Shown here piece after piece: positions 35,709 to 44,773 of a DNA stretch of 64,000 nucleotides. Source of the stretch: Actinomycetota bacterium (GTDB lineage: Bacteria > Actinomycetota > CADDZG01 > JAHWKV01); assembly GCA_052389675.1 (NCBI GenBank), contig JBQTHR010000012.1, positions 251-64,250 on the forward strand. The letters are read 5' to 3'. The notes under the pieces are model-generated. The model saw only the letters and a program-made list of their open reading frames with translations. It made no database searches and was not told the DNA's origin. Each line of letters opens with the position of its first letter. The first letter of the stretch is position 1. Both the position numbers and the translations under genes were made by a program.

Positions 35709-37937
35709 TTACGGGTCGCAAAACGGGAAGCACGATGAAGTAACTTGCGGGTCGGGAGTGGCTGAGTTATTCGGGCGCGGCTGGGCGTCCGGGGCCTGCC
35801 GGGGTGGAGCCACAGCAGCGGGGGCCCGCTCGACGCTGGCGGAGGCTTCCCCGCCGTCCGACCCTTGGTCGTTTGCTCCAGTCGCCCCCTGCTGGTCTGC
35901 CCGGGCTGCGGCCGGCACCATGTCCGACGGTCCGGCGGGCGGAGTGGCCGGAGCTTGCGCCAGCGTCGCCTCGGGCCCGGCTGGAACCAGGTTCAAAACG
36001 TCGCCGTCGAGGACCGGCTTGTTGAATGTGCGGACGGGCAAACCGTCGTGAGCCCGGGTCATGAAGCGTTTCCAGATCTGGGCCGGTAGTGAGCTTCCGG
36101 TAACCGCTTGGCCCCCGACGTCTCGCATCTCGGCAATCTTGCCTTCAGCGTCGGGTGCGTGGCCGATCCACACGACCGCGGTGAGGTCGGGGGTGTAGCC
36201 GGCGAACCAGGCGTTCGAGTAGTTCTGGGTGGTGCCGGTCTTGGCCGCCGCCGGACGGCCGATCTTAGCCTTGTTACCCGTCCCCCCCTGGACGTTGCGG
36301 GCCAGTACGTAGTTGACCTGGTCGGCGACGTTGCGGTCGATTGCCGGCTGGGTCGTCGGGAAGCGCTCGGCAATCACCGCCCCGTCCGGTGAAACGATCT
36401 TGGTGATCACCAGAGGATCTGGGCGGACCCCTCGCTGGGCGAAAGTGGTGTAGGCCCGGGCCATCTCCAGCGGAGTGACGTCGCTGGTGCCCAGAGCCAG
36501 CGCGCAGCCGGAGTCGGAGGCAGGTATGTCTATGCCGGCAGCCAGGGCCATCTTGATGAACCTGCCCGGCGAGACCACCGTATTCATGATCTGGGCATAT
36601 ACCGTGTTGACCGAGCTCAACGTCGCCCCGGTGACGTCCAGTGACTGGTACTGCGCTTGCTCGAAGTTGGCTACCTCCCAAGCGGTCCCGTCCTTGTTGC
36701 GGCAGCGACCCGATTCAATGGTCAGCGGCGAAGTGCCCGGGAAGGTGGAGGCCAAGGATGTGCCAGAATCTAGGAAGGCGGCCAGGGCAAACGGTTTGAA
36801 CGCCGATCCGGCCTGGCGTCCGCCGCCTCGCTGGTTAACGTCGGCGGCGAAGTTGAATCCCCGGGCCCGGGTGACGCTGTCCACGTCCCGGCCCCCGACC
36901 ATCGCCCTGACCTCGCCCAGCGGGCCCATCGCCACAATGGCCGCTTCTGGATCGGACTGCCGGCCAAGAACCGCCTTCACCGCCGCCTCGGCAGCGTCTT
37001 GCATATTGAGATCCAGCGTGGTGTGCACCTGCAGCCCTCCGCGCAGGATCTGTTCGTCGCTCAAGTTGAACTGATTCTTGAGCATCCGGCGGACATACTC
37101 CACGAAGTAGCCCGCCCGGGAGGATGCCACCTCTATCGAGGCCCCCGGCCGGAACTGCTCCGCCAGCTTCTCCTTCCGAGCGGCCTCCGACTGGGCCTCG
37201 TCGATCTTGCCCTGGTCCAGCATTCCATCGAGTACCAGATTGCGCAGGCCGAGCGCTCCCTGGGTGTCCTCGTCTATCTGATAACGCTCCGGCGCCCGGA
37301 TTATCCCCGCCAGGTAGGCCGCCTGGCCGAGGGTGAGTTCGGAGGAACTGACCTTGAAGTAGGTACGGGCGGCCGCCTCCACGCCGTAGGCACCCCGTCC
37401 GAAGTAAACGGTGTTGAGGTAGCGCTCGAGGATCTCATGCTTGGGGTGATAACGCTCCAACTGGATTGCCCAGAACGCCTCCTTCAGCTTGCGGGCAAAG
37501 CGCCGTTCCCTGCCGATCTCAGGCAGAGCGTTGCGGACGTACTGCTGGGTGATGGTGGAGCCTCCCTGCCGGATGCCGCCCCCCATAAGATTGGCCCCTG
37601 CCGCCCGGATGATGCTCTTGACGCTCATCCCCCGGTGATCGAAGAAATCCTTGTCCTCGGCGGACAGCACCGCCAAATGCAGGTTCCGGGAAACCTGGTT
37701 CAAGGAGACCTCTCGCCGGTTCTGCTCGCCATGCAGGCTGGCGATGATCTGTCCGTCGTGAGCTAGCACTTCGGATGACTGTGCCGAGGGGGTGACCGCC
37801 GGGAAAGTTACTGCTGCCAGCCAGGTTGAGATTGCGAAGGCTGCCGCAGCGCTGAAGGCCAGTGCGGCCACCAGCCAGGACCACCGGAAGCGGGCAACCG
37901 CTCCGAACAAGTTCTGGACCAGTGTGGGAGCCCTCAT
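35709..37937 (-). CDS. class A penicillin-binding protein (transglycosylase/transpeptidase, PBP1A-like)
   Basis: GT51 motifs (EDKDFFDHRGMS, GGSTITQQ, RKLKEA), transpeptidase SxxK/SxN/KTG region and a Pro/Ala-rich tail. Confidence 0.9.
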   Translation of the reverse strand: MRAPTLVQNLFGAVARFRWSWLVAALAFSAAAAFAISTWLAAVTFPAVTPSAQSSEVLAHDGQIIASLHGEQNRREVSLNQVSRNLHLAVLSAEDKDFFDHRGMSVKSIIRAAGANLMGGGIRQGGSTITQQYVRNALPEIGRERRFARKLKEAFWAIQLERYHPKHEILERYLNTVYFGRGAYGVEAAARTYFKVSSSELTLGQAAYLAGIIRAPERYQIDEDTQGALGLRNLVLDGMLDQGKIDEAQSEAARKEKLAEQFRPGASIEVASSRAGYFVEYVRRMLKNQFNLSDEQILRGGLQVHTTLDLNMQDAAEAAVKAVLGRQSDPEAAIVAMGPLGEVRAMVGGRDVDSVTRARGFNFAADVNQRGGGRQAGSAFKPFALAAFLDSGTSLASTFPGTSPLTIESGRCRNKDGTAWEVANFEQAQYQSLDVTGATLSSVNTVYAQIMNTVVSPGRFIKMALAAGIDIPASDSGCALALGTSDVTPLEMARAYTTFAQRGVRPDPLVITKIVSPDGAVIAERFPTTQPAIDRNVADQVNYVLARNVQGGTGNKAKIGRPAAAKTGTTQNYSNAWFAGYTPDLTAVVWIGHAPDAEGKIAEMRDVGGQAVTGSSLPAQIWKRFMTRAHDGLPVRTFNKPVLDGDVLNLVPAGPEATLAQAPATPPAGPSDMVPAAARADQQGATGANDQGSDGGEASASVERAPAAVAPPRQAPDAQPRPNNSATPDPQVTSSCFPFCDP

Positions 37938-38161
37938 TAGAGGTTCAACTCGTACCCCGGTTGGTAGCCGGGAAACGAAACCTTACGCGAACAGCGCGGT
38001 TGGGTAGACGAGGTCAGCGGGAGCGGTCCGGCCATCAAGTTGCAGTATGCAAGAGAAGCCGGGCAAACGCCCGGAACTCCTGGGCTGATATCAGATCCTG
38101 ACGGGGCGGTGGGCAGAACCAGACGTTCTCGGTCCGGGGTCACTTCGCGCCGCGACGCACA

Positions 38162-38191
38162 GCGGCCCCCGGCGATTCCGCCGGGGGCCGC
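38162..38191 (-). terminator. 13-bp perfect GC hairpin (gcggcccccggcg-attc-cgccgggggccgc) downstream of the RTX-like gene
   Basis: Read directly. There is no clear U-tract, so it is either a GC-type terminator or a structural element. Confidence 0.4.
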
Positions 38192-38215
38192 TGTAGGGAT
38201 GCAGGGGATCTAACG

Positions 38216-39034
38216 TTACCCTGCTATCTCGCAATCATTGCTCTCGGCATTGGCGCACCGGTCCGTTCCGGACTCTCCCAAAACGACGTCGGTTCCCGAA
38301 CCTGCGGAAACGCGGTCGTCTCCGGAGCCGGCGTAAACCGTATCGTTGCCCGGGCCAGCGTCGATTGCGTCGTTGCCTCCGAAGCCCAGAATTAAGTCGT
38401 TGCCCCCGCGGCCGACGATCCGGTCGTTACCGAAAGAGCCGCAGATCACATCGGCCCCTGAAGTTCCTATGAGGACGCCGCTTCCGCTGATCGTGCAGGT
38501 AGCGGTGGTAACGGCATCGAGCCCGAGCAGACTGTCAACAGCATCGTCTTCGCCGTTTTCTATCCGTGCCCTGACTGTGAAGGTGCCAGCTTCAAAGGCG
38601 GTGAAGATCCAGGCTTCCCAGCTGGGGCTGGCGCCGTCGCAACTGGAGCGGAAGAATGGTGTGTCAATCACGAAGCCGTCCTTCAGGATGTCTACCGCCG
38701 AGACGTCAATGAAAGACCCACAGAAACCTTCCGCATCGAAGAAGTTGGCCAGCCCGATCACCGATTCTCCGGCTGCCAGCATCACGTCTTGCTCCAGGGT
38801 TGTTTGCGACCCCGGTCCATTGGTCTTGAGCTGAGCGAAGAACATCCCGCCTCCCGGCGCACCTCCGCTTTCCACCGTGATCTCTCCACCGACCGGGATG
38901 GTCTCTATCCAACCGGTGGTGTCGCCGGTCTCAAAGCTGCCGTTAGTGACGCTGCCGTTCGCCACAACCGCGCCCCCGGGAATCACCAGCAACAGCGCTG
39001 TGGCCGCCGCAACGATAGTGCCCCTTACCTTCAT
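38216..39034 (-). CDS. secreted calcium-binding beta-roll (RTX-repeat) protein with N-terminal jelly-roll-like domain
   Basis: Start ATG 39034 is preceded by GGAGGAG. Signal peptide MKVRGTIVAAATALLLVIPGGAVVANG. C-terminal GGxGxD nonapeptide repeats (GRGGNDLILGFGGNDAIDAGPGNDTVYAGSGDDRV). The upstream part of the listed ORF looks non-coding. Confidence 0.7.
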   Translation of the reverse strand: MKVRGTIVAAATALLLVIPGGAVVANGSVTNGSFETGDTTGWIETIPVGGEITVESGGAPGGGMFFAQLKTNGPGSQTTLEQDVMLAAGESVIGLANFFDAEGFCGSFIDVSAVDILKDGFVIDTPFFRSSCDGASPSWEAWIFTAFEAGTFTVRARIENGEDDAVDSLLGLDAVTTATCTISGSGVLIGTSGADVICGSFGNDRIVGRGGNDLILGFGGNDAIDAGPGNDTVYAGSGDDRVSAGSGTDVVLGESGTDRCANAESNDCEIAG

Positions 39035-39151
39035 TTCTCCTCCTTGAACTCGTCTTCCGGATGATGCTACGGCCCGAAAGTGACTGAGTAAAGATAAATC
39101 TGGAAGTGCGTTTTCGAGGCATCGCCGGGGCGATTGGGCAATGATAGCGCC

Positions 39152-39691
39152 ATGGAGAACCTGCTCGGCAGCCTGCTGGTTGCCAACGGCAACCTGATGG
39201 ATCCGAACTTCCGGCGCACGGTGGTGGTGATCACGGACCATTCCGAGGGCGGGGCGATGGGTCTGGTGCTCAACCGGCCGGCTCCGCTGACGGTGGAGGA
39301 GACGGCCCCAGCGCTGACCGGGCTGGTGTCCGTGGGGAGCCCGCTGTTCCTGGGCGGCCCGGTGCAGCCGGAGGCGGTTATAGTCCTGGCCGAATTCAAC
39401 TCGTTCGACCTGGAGAGCCGGATTGTGGTGGGCAGCATCGGGCTGCTCTCGCAACATCACGACCGGACCGCCGACGGGATCAAGCGGGCCCGCGTTTTCG
39501 CCGGCTACGCCGGATGGGGGCCCGGTCAGCTGGAGGCGGAGGCCGATCAAGACGCCTGGATCATCGAGGACGCCCTGCCGGGCGACATCTTCACCGAGCA
39601 CCCGGAGCGGCTGTGGAGCCAGGTGCTGCAGCGCAAGGGGGGCGACTACCGGCTGCTGGCCCTGATGCCGTTGGACCCGTCGACCAACTGA
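39152..39691 (+). CDS. YqgE/AlgH family protein (UPF0301)
   Basis: LLGSLLVANGNLMDPNFRRTVVVI...GGAMGLVLNRP...GGPV matches YqgE/AlgH. Confidence 0.8.
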   Translation: MENLLGSLLVANGNLMDPNFRRTVVVITDHSEGGAMGLVLNRPAPLTVEETAPALTGLVSVGSPLFLGGPVQPEAVIVLAEFNSFDLESRIVVGSIGLLSQHHDRTADGIKRARVFAGYAGWGPGQLEAEADQDAWIIEDALPGDIFTEHPERLWSQVLQRKGGDYRLLALMPLDPSTN

Positions 39692-39797
39692 GCTTCGTCA
39701 TGGACCCGGTACGCCGTTTTGACGGAGCCGGCCAGGCTGGCCGAGATCATCTGCGTCTCCCACCAACGGGTGCAAAATCTGCTGAACCGTTGGATCG

Positions 39798-40199
39798 TTA
39801 AGTGCCCAAGATCAGCACTTGTACTCCGGTGTGGGTCCGCGCAGCTGAAGCCAGACCTCGATCTTTGGTTGCCAGGGGCTCGTCGAGCTGTTCCGCCAGC
39901 GCCACAAAGAACCCGTCGGCTGCGGTGAAGTTGTCCCGCAGTTCCCAGACTCTAGAGCGCAGCGGCAAGGTAGGAAAGATCTCCACCGGCAAATCACCGA
40001 GATCATCTATTGCCATGTGCGCCCGCGCGGCATCCAGCGCACCGCGCTGCACATGGCGGCGCAGGACCGCCACCACTTCGAATGTAAGCAGGTCCGGAAC
40101 GGCCAGAACACCTTCTCTTAAGAACAGCTCGGCGACTTGGGCATACGCCCGGTCTCCGATCACAAAGTCGATCGCGCCGGAGGTATCGAGTACGGTCAT
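39798..40199 (-). CDS. vapC: type II toxin VapC (PIN domain)
   Basis: MTVLDTSGAIDFVIG...D...; PIN fold. It overlaps the antitoxin gene by 4 bp. Confidence 0.85.
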   Translation of the reverse strand: MTVLDTSGAIDFVIGDRAYAQVAELFLREGVLAVPDLLTFEVVAVLRRHVQRGALDAARAHMAIDDLGDLPVEIFPTLPLRSRVWELRDNFTAADGFFVALAEQLDEPLATKDRGLASAARTHTGVQVLILGT

Positions 40200-40429
40200 T
40201 CCCCAAAGTCTCGCAGCCGCCGGACCGACTGCTCGCTCGGCTCCCCGACCGGTGTAGCGCCTCTTAGCAGTATTCGGTCGGCCAACTCTTGGGCTGTGGG
40301 CCGTGCTGCTGCCTGAGCCAGCAGTCCGCGCACGTATTCGGTCAAAGAGGTTCCAGAAGCAGCTGCCCGCGACTTGAGTGTCCTGTGAACTTCGTCAGGG
40401 AGGTCGCGAATTTGAAGGAGAATACCCAT
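40196..40429 (-). CDS. vapB: type II antitoxin VapB (RHH/FitA-like)
   Basis: MGILLQIRDLPDEVHRTLKSRAAASGTSLTEYVRGLL is a ribbon-helix-helix antitoxin N-terminus. AGTAT-TGC-ATACT inverted repeat upstream. Confidence 0.75.
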   Translation of the reverse strand: MGILLQIRDLPDEVHRTLKSRAAASGTSLTEYVRGLLAQAAARPTAQELADRILLRGATPVGEPSEQSVRRLRDFGE

Positions 40430-40647
40430 ACCAACCTAAAGTATTGCATACTCTACGCAACCCAGAGCCCGATTTCGCAGTTGCCGGATCGCGGGCGGAC
40501 CAGGGCACCCAAGAGCTGTGCGTGGCCGGCTCGCTCTCCGGAGCGCAAGCCACTTTCCGGTTGGTTCGGGAATTTCCGTCTATATGCCAGAGCCCCGATC
40601 AAGCAATCACCCGATTGTCGCCGCTTTGGAGGTATCCGCATCGTCCA

Positions 40648-41844
40648 TCATCCCTCCTCAGGTTCCTGCAGGTACTCGAAGTGCATGCCGTCCGGGGTCA
40701 TCCAGTCTCCGCCCCAGGCGAAGCCCCAACGCTTGAGGATCTCCACCAAGCGCCGATCCATCGTCGGGGGCTCGCCCAGCAGGTTGCCGGGCACGTTAAA
40801 GTCGAAGGCGGCGCCCCAAGCGTGGCGGGAGAGTCCCGAGTGGGGATCGGCGCTCAACCGGCGGGGGGCGAAGCAGCCGCCGAACTGGTTAGTTTCGACC
40901 AGGGTCTCCAGGCCTGCGCTTGAGATCTCCTGGAAGGCGCTTTGCACGGCGGGGACGATTTTTCTGTGGCACCTGGTCAATCCCAACAGCGGGATCCTCA
41001 CGTTTTCGGTGTTCGCTCCGACCCAATCGGGGTCGATTGTGATCGCGGCCCCCCGGGCCGGGCGGGCGGCGAACTCGCCGAAGACTGCCTTCATCTGGGC
41101 CTGAGAAAGGACGGTGCCGCCCGGGCGCAGGATGGGTGCTTCGTTTGAAGTACGCATCCCAAGGCGCTGGCCCGGCGGCACGAGGGGCTCGAGCGCTGCC
41201 TCGATCTGCTTCTGCGAGGTGCCCTCAGCGGGGGCAATCAGCAGGTACTTTGGGTCGACGATCCCCAGTGCGCCCGCCGTGGAGTAAGAGATGATTGCCT
41301 CGTGGCTGGCGATCAGGTTGTCGTCAACCACTCCGATGACTGGGACGGCCAGGTCGTCGAACTGCAAGCTGCCCTGGTTATCGATCCCTCTCAATGCCGC
41401 GCCCGACCTGCTGAGCAGCGCGCCGCCCTCGGCCAAGCGAGCGAAGAGTTCCTTGTGCCGGGCGGGGAGGAAGGCAGAGTATGCCGCCGGGTCAACTGCG
41501 GCGATCTCCAGCGGCACCTTGAAGCCGGACCGGGGGTTGGCGGGTGGCCCACCCGCCGCCGACCACCAAGTCAGCCACCCGATTCCGTTTCTTACCGCCG
41601 AGACCGCCTTTACCTCCTTCAGGCCGGCTGCGCCGGTGACGAACGAGGCTTCAAGGTCCCCAGAGGTCCAGGTGAGCAGGATCGAGCTTGGATCGGTGCC
41701 CAAGAGTGCAGGGGGAGTGCGTTCCCGGGCCGCGTACAGCGTGGTGCTCGCGAAAATGAGCAGCACGACTGAGATGACCGCAAGCGGAAGGCTCGGCCAC
41801 CTCCTGGATCGTCCGGCGACAGGCCGTTGGGCGGCTCGCTCCAT
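40648..41844 (-). CDS. membrane-anchored M15-family peptidase, paralog B
   Basis: Same architecture and C-terminal motifs as 34334..35587 (SRHAWGAAFDFN...WGFAWGGDW...DGMHFE). The N-domain ends ...VIGVVDDN. Confidence 0.75.
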   Translation of the reverse strand: MERAAQRPVAGRSRRWPSLPLAVISVVLLIFASTTLYAARERTPPALLGTDPSSILLTWTSGDLEASFVTGAAGLKEVKAVSAVRNGIGWLTWWSAAGGPPANPRSGFKVPLEIAAVDPAAYSAFLPARHKELFARLAEGGALLSRSGAALRGIDNQGSLQFDDLAVPVIGVVDDNLIASHEAIISYSTAGALGIVDPKYLLIAPAEGTSQKQIEAALEPLVPPGQRLGMRTSNEAPILRPGGTVLSQAQMKAVFGEFAARPARGAAITIDPDWVGANTENVRIPLLGLTRCHRKIVPAVQSAFQEISSAGLETLVETNQFGGCFAPRRLSADPHSGLSRHAWGAAFDFNVPGNLLGEPPTMDRRLVEILKRWGFAWGGDWMTPDGMHFEYLQEPEEG

Positions 41845-44283
41845 GGACTCAGGGTAAACGTTCAGACGGTATCCCCGTGCTTTAATGAAGATGGATCAGG
41901 GACGGGAGGCTGCTTGGCCGAGAAGGGCAAGACCACCACGGTCCCCCCGGATCGCAGCCAGAACGGGGGGTCCGATCAGGACGACCAAAGCAGCCAGCGT
42001 ATCGCTGCCACTCTGGCGAAGAAGATCGGCAACATCCCCGAAGAGGTTCTTGACCACGCCCGCAACGTCAAGGGAGTGTTCTACCGCTTCCGCCCCCAGT
42101 CGGCTCCTCCGCCCATTCCACGGGAGATTTTGGACATCGTCCGGCTGGTGCGCACCAACCACCCTCGGGCGGAGACCCGAGGCATAGTCCGGGCCTACGA
42201 GATCGCCTTGGCGGTCCACGAAGGCCAAAAACGCAAGTCGGGTGAGGACTTCATCGAGCATCCGGTGGGAGTGGCCCGCATCCTGGCCGACCAAGGGATG
42301 GATCCCTTGACCATCATCGCCGCCTTCCTGCACGACTCGGTTGAGGACACTTCGCTGGAGTTGCAGGAGATCCGTACGATCTTCGGTGACGAGTTGACGG
42401 AGGTGATCGACGGGCTCACCAAAATCGACCGGATCAAGTTCCGCAGCAAGGAGCAGGAGCGGGCGGAGAACCTGCGCAAGATGATCCTGGCCATGGCCCG
42501 GGACATGCGGGTCTTGATCATCAAGCTGGCCGACAGGCTCCACAACATGCGCACTATCGAGGCACTGCCGGCATCCCGCCGGGAGGTTATCGCCACCGAA
42601 ACTCTGGAGATCTACGCTCCTTTGGCCAACCGGCTGGGCATGCAGCAGATCCGGGCAGAGCTTGAGGACCTGGGTTTTCGGACCCTGCATCCCAAGGTTT
42701 TCGCCGAGATCGAACAGATGGTCATCGACCGTCAGCCGACCCGGGAGACCTACATCAAGGAGGTCATCGCCACCGTTGGCGAAAAGATGCGGGAGGTCAA
42801 GATCAAGGCGGATGTCACCGGCCGGCCGAAGAACTACTACTCGATCTACGAAAAGATGGCGGTGCGCGGGCGGGAGTTCGACGAGATCTTCGACCTGGTT
42901 GGGGTGCGGGTGATCGTTGAGGACCTGAAGGACTGCTACGGGGCAATCGGGGCGATCCATGGGCTCTGGAAACCCATCCCCGGCCGTTTCAAGGATTACA
43001 TCGCCATGCCTAAGTTCAACCTCTACCAATCGCTGCACACCACAGTGATCGGTCCCGAGGGCAAACCGCTTGAGATCCAGATCCGCACCCGGCACATGCA
43101 TCGTACCGCTGAGCAGGGTGTGGCCGCCCACTGGGCTTACAAGGAGGACGGAGGAGGCCAGCGCTCCGACGGCCAAGCGGCCTGGATGAAGCGCATGCTG
43201 GAGTTGCAAGACACCGAAGACGACGCCGAGTTCCTCAGTACCCTGCGCCTGGATCTGTTCGCCGAAGAAGTGTTCGTGTTCACGCCTAAAGGCGAGGTGA
43301 TCGAGTTGCCGAAGGGGGCCACCCCCATCGACTTCGCCTACTCAATCCACACTGAGGTGGGACACCACTGTTCGGGTGCCCGGGTGGACGGGCGGCTGGT
43401 GCCGCTAACGCATCAGTTGTCTTCGGGTGAGACGGCGGAGGTGCTCACCTCCCGCAGCGGGGGGCCCAGCCGGGACTGGCTGGAGATGGTCGCCACGCCC
43501 CGGGCACGCAACAAGATCAAACAGTGGTTCACCGCCCAGCGGCGGGAGGAAGCGCTCACGGAGGGCAAGGACTATTTGATCAAGGGCCTGCGCAGGGCAA
43601 GCCTGCCGGTCCAGAAGATGGTTGCAGACGGCACGCTGGATGCCCTGGCGCACGAATTGCGATACCCCAGTCTGGACGCGCTGTATGTGGCGGTGGGGGA
43701 GGGCAGGATGTCGGCGACGACCATCGTCCGGCGCTACCTTCGGGATCATCAGGCACCGCCGGATGTTGAGCCTGCCCTGCCCTCCCCCACCTCCCGGCTG
43801 CGCCCCCGTCCCCAGAGCTCCAAAGGGGTCAAGGTGGAGGGAATCGACGACATCATGGTCAAGATGGCCCGCTGCTGTATGCCGGTCCCGCTCGATCCGA
43901 TCATGGGCTTTGTCACCAGGGGGCGGGGCATTTCCGTACACCGGGCCGACTGCCCCAATGCCTTGTTGCTCTCCTCGGAGACCGACCGGATGGCCGGTGT
44001 GTCCTGGGACCCCCGGGTCTCCGGCAGCTTTGCCGTGGAGATCCAGATCGAGGCGCTCGACCGGCCCAAGCTGCTTCGAGACGTTACCACCGCGGTATCG
44101 GACACCGGGATAAATATCCTCAATGCCAGCAGCCAGGTGGCCAACGGCCTGGCAATCATCCGGTTCACCTTCGAGATTTCCAACCCCTCTCAGCTGGCAA
44201 CGATCATTAACCTGGCCCGCCGGGTGGAGACGGTCTACGACGCCTACCGGGTCACCCCTGCCACCGCACCCTCCCGGAATTGA
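41827..44283 (+). CDS. relA: bifunctional (p)ppGpp synthetase/hydrolase RelA/SpoT
   Basis: HD domain (HPVGVARIL...LHDSVEDT), RelA/SpoT synthetase domain, TGS and ACT. The first ATG (41827) overlaps the divergent peptidase gene. TTG 41914 behind GGGACGGGAGG is the more plausible start. Confidence 0.9.
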   Translation: MGGSLHGLRVNVQTVSPCFNEDGSGTGGCLAEKGKTTTVPPDRSQNGGSDQDDQSSQRIAATLAKKIGNIPEEVLDHARNVKGVFYRFRPQSAPPPIPREILDIVRLVRTNHPRAETRGIVRAYEIALAVHEGQKRKSGEDFIEHPVGVARILADQGMDPLTIIAAFLHDSVEDTSLELQEIRTIFGDELTEVIDGLTKIDRIKFRSKEQERAENLRKMILAMARDMRVLIIKLADRLHNMRTIEALPASRREVIATETLEIYAPLANRLGMQQIRAELEDLGFRTLHPKVFAEIEQMVIDRQPTRETYIKEVIATVGEKMREVKIKADVTGRPKNYYSIYEKMAVRGREFDEIFDLVGVRVIVEDLKDCYGAIGAIHGLWKPIPGRFKDYIAMPKFNLYQSLHTTVIGPEGKPLEIQIRTRHMHRTAEQGVAAHWAYKEDGGGQRSDGQAAWMKRMLELQDTEDDAEFLSTLRLDLFAEEVFVFTPKGEVIELPKGATPIDFAYSIHTEVGHHCSGARVDGRLVPLTHQLSSGETAEVLTSRSGGPSRDWLEMVATPRARNKIKQWFTAQRREEALTEGKDYLIKGLRRASLPVQKMVADGTLDALAHELRYPSLDALYVAVGEGRMSATTIVRRYLRDHQAPPDVEPALPSPTSRLRPRPQSSKGVKVEGIDDIMVKMARCCMPVPLDPIMGFVTRGRGISVHRADCPNALLLSSETDRMAGVSWDPRVSGSFAVEIQIEALDRPKLLRDVTTAVSDTGINILNASSQVANGLAIIRFTFEISNPSQLATIINLARRVETVYDAYRVTPATAPSRN

Positions 44284-44717
44284 GGCTCGTCCTCCAACGA
44301 GTCGCCTCTGCCTCGGTCACGATCGACGGGGAGGTCGTCGGCTCGATCGGTTCGGGCCTGCTGGCACTGGTGGGAGTAGGGCGGCACGACACTGCTGAAA
44401 CTGCCCGGGTGGCTGCGCTCAAGGCCGCTCGGATGCGCATCTTCCCGGACGAGGCGGGCCGGATGAACCGATCGTTGATTGAGGCGGGCGGCGCGGTACT
44501 GGTGGTTTCGCAGTTCACGCTGCTGGGCGATACCTCGCGTGGCCGCAGACCCTCCTTTGCGCAATCGGCGCCTGGAGTGGTTGCCGAGTCGCTGGTCGGA
44601 GCGGTGGCCGACGAACTGCGAGCGCTCGGCATACCGGTTGAACAGGGTAGGTTCGGCGCGAACATGCAAGTCTTGCTGCTCAACGATGGTCCGGTAACCA
44701 TGGTTGTGGACATTTGA
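44280..44717 (+). CDS. dtd: D-aminoacyl-tRNA deacylase
   Basis: MRLVLQRV...SQFTL, about 145 aa. Confidence 0.9.
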   Translation: MRLVLQRVASASVTIDGEVVGSIGSGLLALVGVGRHDTAETARVAALKAARMRIFPDEAGRMNRSLIEAGGAVLVVSQFTLLGDTSRGRRPSFAQSAPGVVAESLVGAVADELRALGIPVEQGRFGANMQVLLLNDGPVTMVVDI

Positions 44718-44773
44718 AGCACCGGGGGCCCGGCCCCATCTCCAGGCAGGAGGCGCAGGTACACTGAGGGCCA

